The notes beneath the pieces were generated by a model that was not told where the DNA came from, ran no database searches, and saw only the letters and a program-made list of their open reading frames with translations. Below, piece by piece: positions 26,975 through 36,041 of a DNA stretch of 64,000 nt (positions are counted from its first letter, which is position 1; each line of letters begins with the position of its first letter). The translations under genes were made by a program, and so were the position numbers. Source of the stretch: Rugosimonospora sp. (GTDB taxonomy: Bacteria > Acidobacteriota > Terriglobia > Acidiferrales > UBA7541); NCBI GenBank assembly GCA_035636675.1, contig DASPYR010000195.1, positions 4,169 through 68,168 on the forward strand. Reading direction: 5' to 3'.

Positions 26975-27793
26975 CTACCAACTTCCTCCTGCGCCGCCCC
27001 CTCCCGACGCTCCCCCGCCAAAACCGCCGAAACCTCCGCCTCCGCTGCTTCCGCCCCAGCCTCCCCCGCCCCAGCCTCCTGCGCCCCAGCCTCCCATGGG
27101 ACCGAGCCACCATCCTCCCCGATAGCCTCTCCCCCGTCGATATCTGGTCAGACCTCCCAAAGCAAAAAGAAAAGCCACCAGGCGCCAGCCCCCAAAAATG
27201 AGCAATAGAATGAGCAGATTCAGCAGGGCCGGCGGGATTCCGTAAAACGAGGGCGCCGGAGCCTCCGCCGCTGGAGGCCCAGCGCCCGGCGCGCTTTGGG
27301 TTAGGGTAACGCCGCGATCTTCAGCAATCGTAGAGGCGATTTGCGAGGAAATCTGTAAAAGCGCCGCGCCATACTGGTTCTGCCGCAAGAGCGGCAGCAT
27401 TTCGCGGCCGAACCCGCCTACTTTGCCATCCGGCAGAATCGGTTCAAGTCCATATCCGACTTCGGTCCAGTATTGCCGGTCGCTTACGGCGAGCAGCACC
27501 AGCACTCCTCGGTCTTTGCCTTTGGGCCCCACGCCCCATTTCTGAAAGAGGCGGTTGGCAAAATCCTGAACCGCATCGCCTTCGAGCGTGTGGATCGTTA
27601 CGACCGCAAGCTGCGCATCTGCCTTTTGATCTAGTTCCTGGCATAAGGCAGTAATCTTCTGGCGCGATTCGGCATCCATCACCCCGGCGAAATCATTGAC
27701 GTAACCTTGCGGTGAGAGCTGCTCGACCTTCTCAGCAGCCGCGAGCTCCCTGCAGGAAGCTGCGGAAAAAAGAACTGCCAATGCAAGCGCCAC
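26975..27793 (-). CDS. TPM-domain (YgcG-like) membrane protein with Gly/Trp-rich C-terminal tail
   Basis: TPM blocks (YVNDFAGVM, QLAVVTI, RGVLVLLAVSDRQYWTEVGYGLE), then a TM helix, then GGWGAGGWGGGGWGGSSGGGGFGGFGGG. The start is uncertain. GTG at 27793 avoids overlap with rpsT, whereas the ORF-track ATG at 27946 overlaps rpsT. Confidence 0.75.
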   Translation of the reverse strand: MALALAVLFSAASCRELAAAEKVEQLSPQGYVNDFAGVMDAESRQKITALCQELDQKADAQLAVVTIHTLEGDAVQDFANRLFQKWGVGPKGKDRGVLVLLAVSDRQYWTEVGYGLEPILPDGKVGGFGREMLPLLRQNQYGAALLQISSQIASTIAEDRGVTLTQSAPGAGPPAAEAPAPSFYGIPPALLNLLILLLIFGGWRLVAFLFALGGLTRYRRGRGYRGGWWLGPMGGWGAGGWGGGGWGGSSGGGGFGGFGGGASGGGGAGGSW

Positions 27794-27880
27794 GCGCAGC
27801 AGGAAACCAGCGACCCGCGTTTGACAAAGCTCCGAGCGTCGGCTACCGTAATCGCTTCGCGTCGAGAAAAGGAGCAATGG

Positions 27881-28186
27881 ATGGCTCAGGGAACACCCAC
27901 GAAGGTAAAGAAGCGCAAGAAATCGGTACTGAAGCGCGCCGCCCAATCGATCAAGCGCTCAGCCATTAACCGGGCGAATCGCACGCGTGTGCGTTCTATG
28001 ATCAAGTCGCTGCGCGGCGCCATTAATGCGGGCGATGGCTCGGCCGCGGGCAAGCTGCTTTCCACTACCGTTGCCTCCATTGACCGTGCCGTAGCCAAAG
28101 GCGTCCTCGCCAAGAATACGGCAAATCGCTACAAATCTCGTCTCGCGCTTGCCTGCAACGACCTGCAAGCACAAGCCCGCGCTTAG
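27881..28186 (+). CDS. rpsT: 30S ribosomal protein S20
   Basis: MAQGTPTKVKKRKKSVLKRAAQSIKRSAINRANRTRV.. is typical of S20. AAGGAG precedes the ATG at 27881. Confidence 0.9.
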   Translation: MAQGTPTKVKKRKKSVLKRAAQSIKRSAINRANRTRVRSMIKSLRGAINAGDGSAAGKLLSTTVASIDRAVAKGVLAKNTANRYKSRLALACNDLQAQARA

Positions 28187-28253
28187 CTCACATCGGCCCG
28201 TTCTCAAATCATTAAGTTTGACGCGCTCCTCGGTCCGTCTCGTCCGCGGCGCG

Positions 28254-29285
28254 TTAAGCCGTAAGTTGCGCGACCACGAACTCCATCACCGCCCGATCGT
28301 TCGTTGAGCCCGCTTTGAGTGTGCTGTCCGCGTCGTATAGCGCCCGCAAGCCTTCCACCAGCCGCCGCCGCGGGATTTTCCTCGCGTGTTGAATGGCCAT
28401 TTCCGCTGTCGCCACGCGCATTCCCAATTGGCCGGCAGCTTGATACGGCGAAGTGTGTGGACTCAGCTGTTGCGCCTCGATCAGTTTTCGATACATCCAG
28501 GCCATCGCCCCGATGAGGGCCGGCGCGGCTTCTCCCTGTTGCAGGATGTTGGCTAAAAAACGGAATGCGCGCGCGCGCTGCCGCGTGGCCAAGACGTCGG
28601 CAAGTTCCCAAACCGAATATTTCCTCTCCGAAACGACCAGCGCCTCGACGTCTATGCGTCGAATAGGCCGCCCGGCCCCCGCATACGTCGCCAGTTTCTC
28701 GATCTCGCTTTGCATAGCTCGAAGATCACAATTGCACAGGTCCGCCAGTTCTTCCGCGGCGTCACCTTCAATTGCTGAATCTCGATCGCCCGCCATTCGA
28801 GCTGCCAGCATCGCCGCCATGCGCGTGCGCTCGCGCGGGTCTTCCGGAAGCTCCGCGGACAGAACGAGAGCCTGTTCCAGCAGCATTTTGGCGAATTTCG
28901 TCCGCTGATCCAGTTCGTTGGCTTCAAGAATCAGCACGGTAAACGGTGCGGGATCGGCAAAATAATCCGCCAGGTCCTGCATTTCAGCCTGTCGTTTCTC
29001 CTCCGGCATCTTCTCGAGCGCTTCGACTTCGGTCACGATCACAACTTGCCGGCGCGCCAGCATGGGCACCGTTCGGGCTTGCGCCAAGGCTCCTGCAAAT
29101 TCCCCGCCCTCCGCCGAGTAGCGCGACACGCCCCAGCTTCGGGCCGCCGCCTCAATCGATCCTTCGATCACTTGCTCCCGGAAAGCATCTCGCAAATAAG
29201 CATCCTTCCCGAGGAGCAGCAGCGCGGGCACTGTCTTGCCTTTCGTCAGCCGTGCCATCAGCGATTCGGCGGAAATCGGGGGCAT
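28254..29285 (-). CDS. holA: DNA polymerase III delta subunit
   Basis: 343 aa. It has the HolA-like N-terminus (..PALLLLGKDAYLRD..) and length. Its ATG overlaps the lptE stop (ATGA), the classical lptE-holA pairing. Confidence 0.75.
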   Translation of the reverse strand: MPPISAESLMARLTKGKTVPALLLLGKDAYLRDAFREQVIEGSIEAAARSWGVSRYSAEGGEFAGALAQARTVPMLARRQVVIVTEVEALEKMPEEKRQAEMQDLADYFADPAPFTVLILEANELDQRTKFAKMLLEQALVLSAELPEDPRERTRMAAMLAARMAGDRDSAIEGDAAEELADLCNCDLRAMQSEIEKLATYAGAGRPIRRIDVEALVVSERKYSVWELADVLATRQRARAFRFLANILQQGEAAPALIGAMAWMYRKLIEAQQLSPHTSPYQAAGQLGMRVATAEMAIQHARKIPRRRLVEGLRALYDADSTLKAGSTNDRAVMEFVVAQLTA

Positions 29286-29851
29286 CAGAAATTCTCAAGA
29301 ACATCGGATACAAGTTGCGCCGCGAAATCCCTGGACATCCGATCGAGTGCCGGACCTTCTTCCTGAAAGAACGAAGGGATGTCCACGGAGATTTCGTACG
29401 GCTCGCGGAAGACGAAGTTATTATTCTGGTAAAAAATCTTTCCCGCATGATCCTGCAACGCAATTCTGACGTTCACAGTCACCAGCACCGTTGTCGCGCG
29501 ACCGGTAGTGGGATCAAAGAGCACGGCGCCACTGGCAATATTCGTCACTTCTCCGTGCAGCAGAAGATCGGCGCCGTCGGGTTCAGGCACCACTCGATAG
29601 CTGGTGCGAGTGATGAATTCGCGCACCACGGCCTGCGTAAGGATCTGCTCGACGCGATAAGTCGTGGTCCGGTTCACGAAGGCCGGTACGGCAATCGTGT
29701 GCGCGCCCGAGGGAAGCGTATTCGCGCGGCCCACGACGTGATAGCCGCAACCGCCGCTCACAGCCAAAACAGCCGCCAGAATCCAGGAAATCGTCGCGGA
29801 GCGGGAGTTGCGGTTAGGACGCAAGAAGCCTCTCTGCAATCTGCGTCGCAT
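29285..29851 (-). CDS. lptE: LPS-assembly lipoprotein LptE-like
   Basis: Signal peptide ending in ..AVSGGC, and an LptE-like core (GYHVVGR...IAVPAFVNRT..). It sits upstream of holA. An alternative TTG start at 29824 (AGAGG upstream) would remove the 38-nt overlap with the preceding gene. Confidence 0.55.
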   Translation of the reverse strand: MRRRLQRGFLRPNRNSRSATISWILAAVLAVSGGCGYHVVGRANTLPSGAHTIAVPAFVNRTTTYRVEQILTQAVVREFITRTSYRVVPEPDGADLLLHGEVTNIASGAVLFDPTTGRATTVLVTVNVRIALQDHAGKIFYQNNNFVFREPYEISVDIPSFFQEEGPALDRMSRDFAAQLVSDVLENF

Positions 29852-30839
29852 TCACGTTGGCCAGGCGAAAATTGTCCGCGGCGCCCCAGAACCAATACCC
29901 GCGTGCCACGTTGCCGTCGCGCTCAGGCGCCGTGATCAGCGCTTGCGTCTCCCCGGCGGCACTCAGATTTGACGGGCTGGGCTCATCCGCCGGCACGACT
30001 TTAAATCCTGTGCTGTTCAATCTGGTGGTGAGCGTCTCTTCGTTCACAGAATTCTTGAACTCCGCCCAGGCCGCAAATGCATGTCCATAAAACACCGGCG
30101 CCTGCACGAGCATCACGGCAGGTATTGAGATGCGATCCGCGAGATACCGTTGTACCTCGCGGGCAATAGCCATCCGCGCGTCGGAGAGCCGCTCCCGGCT
30201 CGCCGCGCCCCACCGAGCGGCCAAATTAAACGCGACCTGGGTATCGAAAACTTCCTCGGGGATCGGCTGAAAGGAGAGCAGCTTGATCGTTTGTCCCTCC
30301 AGCTCTGTTACGCCCTCTTCGCCCCGTTCAGAGACAGGCTGAAAGAATACGATCGTCAGGCGAACCGGGGAAAGCTCGGCAAAAGCCGCTGCCAACGAAC
30401 AAGCCAGGATCGCCGGCGTCGAAGGCGCCACATAGGTGTGATAATGATCGTTTGGCAAAGCAGAGGGCGTTGGAGGGCAGATCAGCGCGTCCAGCCGCGG
30501 TATCCATGGTCGTGCGCGCGGGCCCGCCCAGAGACCTCCCGTCATATCAATGACCGAAGCACCCGCTCTATCGGCAGCAGGCCCGTGTTGCGCCGCAAAA
30601 GCGGCCGAACCAGCAAAAAACACGAACCGCAATCCCTCGAAACTGCTCTCCGTAACCGGCTGCACGATCGCAGGTTCCCCTGCCACCTCCGTCAGCGCCC
30701 CTGAAGCTATCTCTTCATCCACCAGCCTGATTTCACCCGCGGGAAATCCGCCCACCTCGAGCCAATATTTCAAATCTTTGCCGCGTAGCGAGGTGGCTCC
30801 GGCGATAGCCACCCGCAGCGAGTGCTCAGGTAAGGGCAT
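29814..30839 (-). CDS. Aspartate-semialdehyde dehydrogenase-family (Asd/USG-1-like) protein
   Basis: 341 aa. N-terminal Rossmann fold VAIAGATSLRGKDL, the block FFQPVSERGEEGVTELEGQT (compare YQAVSGAG..AV.EL..QT in Asd), and VFYGHAF retaining the His. Confidence 0.65.
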   Translation of the reverse strand: MPLPEHSLRVAIAGATSLRGKDLKYWLEVGGFPAGEIRLVDEEIASGALTEVAGEPAIVQPVTESSFEGLRFVFFAGSAAFAAQHGPAADRAGASVIDMTGGLWAGPRARPWIPRLDALICPPTPSALPNDHYHTYVAPSTPAILACSLAAAFAELSPVRLTIVFFQPVSERGEEGVTELEGQTIKLLSFQPIPEEVFDTQVAFNLAARWGAASRERLSDARMAIAREVQRYLADRISIPAVMLVQAPVFYGHAFAAWAEFKNSVNEETLTTRLNSTGFKVVPADEPSPSNLSAAGETQALITAPERDGNVARGYWFWGAADNFRLANVNATQIAERLLAS

Positions 30840-30842
30840 CGC

Positions 30843-31667
30843 TCAAGCAGTACGCGAGACCAAACGGTGGCGAACGAGGCGCACAACATGTATCGTGAGG
30901 CCCGCGACCGTGTAACTGGCGGCGATCAGCAGCAACACAATCTCGGAATAGACCATGATCGACCACACCAGCAGCCCGACAGCAACGATGGTCAATGAGT
31001 GCTGGCGCTTTCCCCAGGGGATCCCTTTGAAGCTGGCGTAGCGGATGGTGCTCACCATAAGGCCGGCGAGCAGCAAGACCAGAAGCAGCCACGCAGCGGA
31101 CCAGTGCCAATCCTCGATCGGTACTTTCCAGGCGTGCACCACCGCGGCAATCATTCCCGCGGCTGCAGGCGTGGGCATACCCACGAAATAGCGCAGTCCG
31201 CTTGCCGGCGCCATCCCGTGCACGTTGAAGCGTGCCAGGCGCCAGCCGCAGCATAGAGCGAATGCCAGGCTCACCACCCAGGCCAGATCATAAATGTGGC
31301 GCGCCTCGGGAATATCGCTCTGCGCTATGGTGCGTACTCCCCAGGTGTACGCCAAAATCGCAGGCGCAACCCCAAAGCTGACCATGTCGGCTAAAGAATC
31401 AAATTGTTTGCCGAACTCCGTGTTGGTATGAGTGGCGCGCGCGACGAAGCCGTCGAAAGCATCAAAGACAATGGCCAGACCGATCGCCCGCGCCGCATAA
31501 TCCAGGTCGACAATCCCGCCCTTCACCGTCGCCAGGACGGCATAGAATCCGCACAGGAGATTGCCAACGGTAAATGCGCTGGGCAGGAGATAAACGCCGC
31601 GTCTCAACCGATGATTGCGCGGCTCGAAAAATCCGAAGTCTTGCTGGTCCGGTTCTCTCATCGCCAT
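30843..31667 (-). CDS. pssA: CDP-diacylglycerol--serine O-phosphatidyltransferase
   Basis: CDP-alcohol phosphatidyltransferase motif DGFVARATHTNTEFGKQFDSLAD. Polytopic membrane protein. Its start overlaps the end of psd by 10 nt. Confidence 0.85.
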   Translation of the reverse strand: MAMREPDQQDFGFFEPRNHRLRRGVYLLPSAFTVGNLLCGFYAVLATVKGGIVDLDYAARAIGLAIVFDAFDGFVARATHTNTEFGKQFDSLADMVSFGVAPAILAYTWGVRTIAQSDIPEARHIYDLAWVVSLAFALCCGWRLARFNVHGMAPASGLRYFVGMPTPAAAGMIAAVVHAWKVPIEDWHWSAAWLLLVLLLAGLMVSTIRYASFKGIPWGKRQHSLTIVAVGLLVWSIMVYSEIVLLLIAASYTVAGLTIHVVRLVRHRLVSRTA

Positions 31668-32269
31668 CGCGCCAGCACGCTGATCCCACCGGACACGTGC
31701 TGGCCAGGCCGCGCCAGAATTTCAGCATCCCTCGGCAGCCAGACATCCATGCGTGAGCCGAAGCGAATCAGTCCGATTCGTTCCCCTAATTTCACGCTGT
31801 CGCCAGGCGCCTTCCAGCAGACCACGCGCCGCGCGATGGCGCCGGCAATCTGTTTGAAAACCATCTCCCCACGCTCGGTTTGCAGGTGAATGATATTTTG
31901 TTCGTTTTCCATGGAGGCCCGAGACCGCATGGCATTGTAGAAGCGGCCGGGCCGATATTCCACTTCTCGAAAGCGTCCGGCCATGGGCGCCCGGTTCACA
32001 TGAACATCCCAGATGGATAAAAAAATGCTGATCCGCTGCCCCGGATGGCCCTCCACGCTCTCGTCCGCTAGCTCCATGATCCGGCCATCTGCCGGTGAAA
32101 CGACCACCCCCGGCTCAGCCGGAGGCACCCGCTCAGGATCTCGGAAAAAGAATGCTACACCGGCGCAAAATAACCACAGCACGGCAGCCGTAACCTTCCA
32201 GCCGAGAGCCGCCGCGGCAATCCCCGCGCAGAGGAGCGGGAGGACAAACTTGTAACCGTCTCTGACCAT
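31658..32269 (-). CDS. psd: Phosphatidylserine decarboxylase proenzyme (short form)
   Basis: 203 aa. N-terminal TM helices and a C-terminal FGSRMDV self-cleavage-type motif. Adjacent to pssA. Confidence 0.8.
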   Translation of the reverse strand: MVRDGYKFVLPLLCAGIAAAALGWKVTAAVLWLFCAGVAFFFRDPERVPPAEPGVVVSPADGRIMELADESVEGHPGQRISIFLSIWDVHVNRAPMAGRFREVEYRPGRFYNAMRSRASMENEQNIIHLQTERGEMVFKQIAGAIARRVVCWKAPGDSVKLGERIGLIRFGSRMDVWLPRDAEILARPGQHVSGGISVLARWR

Positions 32270-32371
32270 TCCCTGCCATAAGCCTGTGCGCGTCGCATCC
32301 GCAGGATGCGCCTGCTAACGGCGCACAACGACACGATCATTGTACGATACATTAATACTGCGGACGGCGTA

Positions 32372-32605
32372 CTAATGGGTAGCTGATTTGCTGCGCCGCG
32401 CGATCAGCCTTTCCATCTCATCTTTCACGCGCAGCTTCTGCTTTTTCAGATTTGCTTCCAGAAGGATGTCTTCGGCACTCAGGTAGGGGCTTTTGGCGAG
32501 TTGCTCAAGCTGTGCTTCGTAGCGTGAATGCTCTTCAGCCAGGTGTCGGAATTCCGCGTCGCCGGCCAGCAGTTGTTCGCGAACTTCCCGGAGCAAAGAC
32601 ATCAT
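32372..32605 (-). CDS. DUF465 (YdcH-like) small coiled-coil protein
   Basis: 77 aa. F..L..EH..YE..L..L......S.ED...E..LKK.KL..KDEM is typical of DUF465. Confidence 0.7.
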   Translation of the reverse strand: MMSLLREVREQLLAGDAEFRHLAEEHSRYEAQLEQLAKSPYLSAEDILLEANLKKQKLRVKDEMERLIARRSKSATH

Positions 32606-32684
32606 GCGCCTCCTGAGTGTGCCAAGGTTTTACATAATTCGAACCTAACACACGCAGGTTCACGTCACAAGGATTTTTCCCTGC

Positions 32685-33119
32685 CTATTCCACCGTACGT
32701 ACCAGCACGAACGCGTCCTCTGCCGGCCCCCGATAATAGTCCCGGCGCCGCCCGGCCTCCGTAAATCCCATTCGCGCGTAGAAGCTTCGCGCGGCCTCGT
32801 TGGATTCCCGAACTTCCAGGAAGATCTTCCTTATGCCTGCGGCTTTCAACGTCGCAATAGCATCCTCGATCAGCCGCGAACCCATTCCCCGCCGCCGCAC
32901 GCGCGAATCTACAGCTAAATTTAGAATCTCTGCCTCGTCCGCCATCATTCTAAAAGCAACCAGCCCACAGACGCTCCTCTCCTCCTCTGCCACTCGCACA
33001 AAGAAATTCCTCCGGGAGGCAAGTAGGAAATCATCCGCAGACCACTGGGTAGCTTCGGGAACCGTCGATAGCAGCCTCCGGAGGCTTTCTACATCCGCCG
33101 CATGGAACTCGCGAATCAT
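32685..33119 (-). CDS. rimI: Ribosomal-protein-alanine N-acetyltransferase RimI-like (GNAT)
   Basis: GNAT core ILNLAVDSRVRRRGMGSRL..FLEVRESNEAARSFYARMGF. Located downstream of tsaB. I chose the ATG at 33119; the longer ORF, which extends to 33371, overlaps tsaB. Confidence 0.8.
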   Translation of the reverse strand: MIREFHAADVESLRRLLSTVPEATQWSADDFLLASRRNFFVRVAEEERSVCGLVAFRMMADEAEILNLAVDSRVRRRGMGSRLIEDAIATLKAAGIRKIFLEVRESNEAARSFYARMGFTEAGRRRDYYRGPAEDAFVLVRTVE

Positions 33120-33163
33120 CTCGGTACGCGGGAGAAGGCCGCCAAGGGACTCCAACCTGGAAT

Positions 33164-33880
33164 TCAGCCGCCTTTCCAATTCATTTCGGCATCGGACCGC
33201 CGAATATAGTTTGCGTCCAGATGCAACGCATCTACCACGTCGCCTCGGATCGCTTTGGCGTATCCAAGCTGGCCGATGAAGGGGGCAAGCACAGTAGAAA
33301 CCACTTCCATCCGGCAACATCCCAGACCCTGGCGCTCCATCGCGGGCCTGATCATCTCCGGCAAGGTGCACGCTATAGTCAACTCGCAGGCGCTTCCCAA
33401 CTGTAGTCGCAAAGCTTGCAAGAACTCATCGGGGCTCGCCACCACCTCCCCTCCCGCCGGATCGAGCGCTCCGGAACCATCGCTTCGGCTGCGGAAGGCA
33501 CCCCCGAAAATTTGACCGCGGCGCGCATCCATGACGGCAGCCAGCAAGGAACCCGGTGCAGCCAATCGTGAGATCTGGCTGGCCATCGCTTCCAGTCCGC
33601 TCACCGCCGCCACTGGCCGTCCCCAAATCTCCGCCCAGCCTTTCACCGTTGTTAGGCCCACACGCAATCCGGTGAAAGAACCTGGTCCGGCATCCACAGC
33701 AAATAAGTCAATCGCTTCTAGAGAGATGCGCGCTTCGTCCAGCAGCCCCTTGGTATCCCGCAGAAGGGTGGCTGAGTATGGCTCTTCCGGCGAACTCACC
33801 CGATGCGTCAGAATTGTTGTGTCCCGCAGCAAGGCCAGGCTGCCCGAAGGTGAGCTGGTGTCGAGTGCCAGAATCAGCAT
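33164..33880 (-). CDS. tsaB: tRNA t6A biosynthesis protein TsaB (YeaZ)
   Basis: MLILALDTSSPSGSLALL is the typical TsaB N-terminus, with the ATG at 33880. The ORF-track start at 34027 adds 49 atypical residues. Confidence 0.85.
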   Translation of the reverse strand: MLILALDTSSPSGSLALLRDTTILTHRVSSPEEPYSATLLRDTKGLLDEARISLEAIDLFAVDAGPGSFTGLRVGLTTVKGWAEIWGRPVAAVSGLEAMASQISRLAAPGSLLAAVMDARRGQIFGGAFRSRSDGSGALDPAGGEVVASPDEFLQALRLQLGSACELTIACTLPEMIRPAMERQGLGCCRMEVVSTVLAPFIGQLGYAKAIRGDVVDALHLDANYIRRSDAEMNWKGG

Positions 33881-34074
33881 GGTCCGTTTCCAGGTTTGGC
33901 TTTCCAGAATGTGACGCGAATCCTTGCCGCAGGCTGCCGCCTGAGCAATTTGAGTTCCATCCTCGAGGCCAATTTCGACATAACTGCCTGATTCTACGAG
34001 AAATATATTGACTATACCTACAAGCATTGCCTAAAATGAGCGCATCGTGCTTTGCCTTAGGGGGAAATCCCGCA

Positions 34075-34605
34075 ATGGAATTTAAGATCGGCGACAAAGT
34101 AGTGTATCCAAATCACGGCGTAGGCGTCATTGAACAAATCAGCTACGGGATGCTCGAAGGACGAACCGAAACCTACTACATGTTGCGAATCACCTCCAAC
34201 TCCCTCAAAGTGATGGTTCCCCGTTCGAACGCCGCAGCGGTGGGGCTTCGTCCAGTCATTCGAAACGGCGATACTTCCAAGGTCCTCGTTTATCTCGAGA
34301 GCGGCAAATTCAATTCGCATCACGACTGGAAGCATCGCTTCAAGGAAAATTCCGAGCGCATGAGAACCGGCTCACTCATCGAAGTGGCCGCAGTTCTGAA
34401 AAGCCTGGTTGCCTTGAGCCACTCCAAACCGCTCTCGTTTCGGGAAAAGAAGATGCTCGAACGCGCTAAATACCTCCTCGTTACCGAGCTAGCGACCGCC
34501 CGTAACTCCACTCCCGAAAATATGGAAACAGCGTTGATCAAATCATTGGCCAAGGCGCGTTTGCGCATGCCTCCTACAGGTGAAGAAGCTAGCGCCGCAG
34601 ACTGA
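34075..34605 (+). CDS. carD: CarD/CdnL-family RNA-polymerase-binding transcription factor
   Basis: MEFKIGDKVVYPNHGVGVIE.. (CarD_TRCF domain) followed by a helical C-terminal domain. Confidence 0.85.
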   Translation: MEFKIGDKVVYPNHGVGVIEQISYGMLEGRTETYYMLRITSNSLKVMVPRSNAAAVGLRPVIRNGDTSKVLVYLESGKFNSHHDWKHRFKENSERMRTGSLIEVAAVLKSLVALSHSKPLSFREKKMLERAKYLLVTELATARNSTPENMETALIKSLAKARLRMPPTGEEASAAD

Positions 34606-34720
34606 ATTCTCGGCCACAGCCTATTTTGTGAACGTCCATCGGTAAGCTCGTCTGCTTCCCGCTATATTTCCCGTTCTTGAATGATCCGGCAGGACGTCCA
34701 CCATTCAGGCCATTCTTCAC

Positions 34721-35860
34721 TCAAGCCAGGGGTAAGATCGGCTCGGCGTTGAGATCCCAACCGGCGAGCTGGCCTGAGAGGAGTCTGGGATAAGCGGCCG
34801 CGGCAATCATTGCCGCATTATCGGTGGAGAGCTCGCGGCTGGGGAAAAACACCCGGAATCCTCGTTGCTCCGCTTCGCGTTCGAATGAATGGCGCAATTC
34901 GCTATTTGCGGCCACGCCTCCGGAAACCAGAATGCTTTGTGCCGCTATATCCTCCGCCGCTTGAAGAGTGCGTCTGACTAATTCGGCTACGACTCGTTTC
35001 TGAAAGCTGACGAGAAGTCCTAACGTTTGAGGGCTGCAGAGCGGAAGCAATTGATCGGCCGCGCGCTCGCCCTTACTGAGGGCGCACCGGCGTTCGTCGA
35101 CCTCAGGTTGCAATCCCGGGTGCGCCCGAAGGTAGTAGAGCACAGCCGTCTTGATCCCACTGAAGCTGAAATCGTATGGATTTCCCCTTACCTTGGTTGG
35201 CGAAAAATCGATGTGTTCTGCCTGCGTGCGGCTTACGTCAGCGCCATGAACCGCTAAGCGATCAATGACAGGCCCACCGGGATATCCCAAGGCCAGGAGC
35301 TTTGCGACTTTATCGTAGGCTTCGCCCGCTGCATCATCGCGCGTTTGTCCCATTTTCCGATATCGCAGAAGCGCGGCAGATAGCGGCTCAGCCGGTCCGT
35401 TCGCTGCGACTTCGTACAAGACGGTGTGCCCGCCCGAAACGATCAGGCAGACCGCCGGCAACGACAGCTCCTGCCCCAATCGAAAAGTCTCCAAAAATAC
35501 CGCCCGAACATGGCCTTCGAGGTGATTGACTCCTATGAGCGGTTTGCCAAGAGCGTTTGCCACCACTTTCCCGTAGGTCAAACCCACCAGCAACGCACCC
35601 ACCAGGCCTGGTCCATAGGTGACTCCAACAGCATCCAGGTCTTTGAAACTCAGCGCCGCACGATCCAGGGCTTCCCGTACAACCGCAACGATGCTCCGCA
35701 GATGCTCGCGCGATGCCAGTTCCGGCACCACTCCCCCGTACTTGCGGTGCACGCTGACCTGCGAGGCGACGACGCTGGACAGGATTTCCCGGCCGTCGGC
35801 AACCACCGCAGCCGCGGTTTCGTCGCAGGAAGACTCAATTCCAAGGATACGCGTGGGCAT
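34721..35860 (-). CDS. tsaD: tRNA N6-adenosine threonylcarbamoyltransferase TsaD
   Basis: ILGIESSCDETAAAVV.., HLEGH and VSGGVAAN blocks of Kae1/Gcp. Confidence 0.9.
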   Translation of the reverse strand: MPTRILGIESSCDETAAAVVADGREILSSVVASQVSVHRKYGGVVPELASREHLRSIVAVVREALDRAALSFKDLDAVGVTYGPGLVGALLVGLTYGKVVANALGKPLIGVNHLEGHVRAVFLETFRLGQELSLPAVCLIVSGGHTVLYEVAANGPAEPLSAALLRYRKMGQTRDDAAGEAYDKVAKLLALGYPGGPVIDRLAVHGADVSRTQAEHIDFSPTKVRGNPYDFSFSGIKTAVLYYLRAHPGLQPEVDERRCALSKGERAADQLLPLCSPQTLGLLVSFQKRVVAELVRRTLQAAEDIAAQSILVSGGVAANSELRHSFEREAEQRGFRVFFPSRELSTDNAAMIAAAAYPRLLSGQLAGWDLNAEPILPLA

Positions 35861-36041
35861 ACGATCTCGCGTGCTTCGCGCGTTCGTATGGTAGCATACG
35901 GCTTCAGCTCATCCGCTGGCTGCGGGCGCTGTCCGTAAGTGGTCTTCTCTTCATCGAAGAAGCGAGGTCGTACTGGCCTATCGAGCAAGCACCCTTTGGC
36001 CTCCAATTCTTCTAGACAGGTATAACTTTCGGAATCTCGTT

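Noticed and set aside
27794-27946. N-terminal extension of the TPM ORF (ATG at 27946)
   Set aside because: It would overlap the rpsT coding start (27881) on the other strand, and it adds 51 residues without signal-peptide character. The internal GTG at 27793 gives a hydrophobic N-terminus. Similar over-long ORF-track starts were trimmed for tsaB (34027 to 33880), rimI (33371 to 33119), the RfaE-II-like gene (46294 to 45922), the GGR-family gene (46101 to 46155), carD (34027 to 34075) and pilA1 (6909 to 6891).
28946-29935. 329-aa plus-strand ORF
   Set aside because: It is antisense to holA/lptE. The translation is Pro/Arg/Ser/Ala-rich with no domain features. The opposite-strand genes have clear family signatures and translational coupling.
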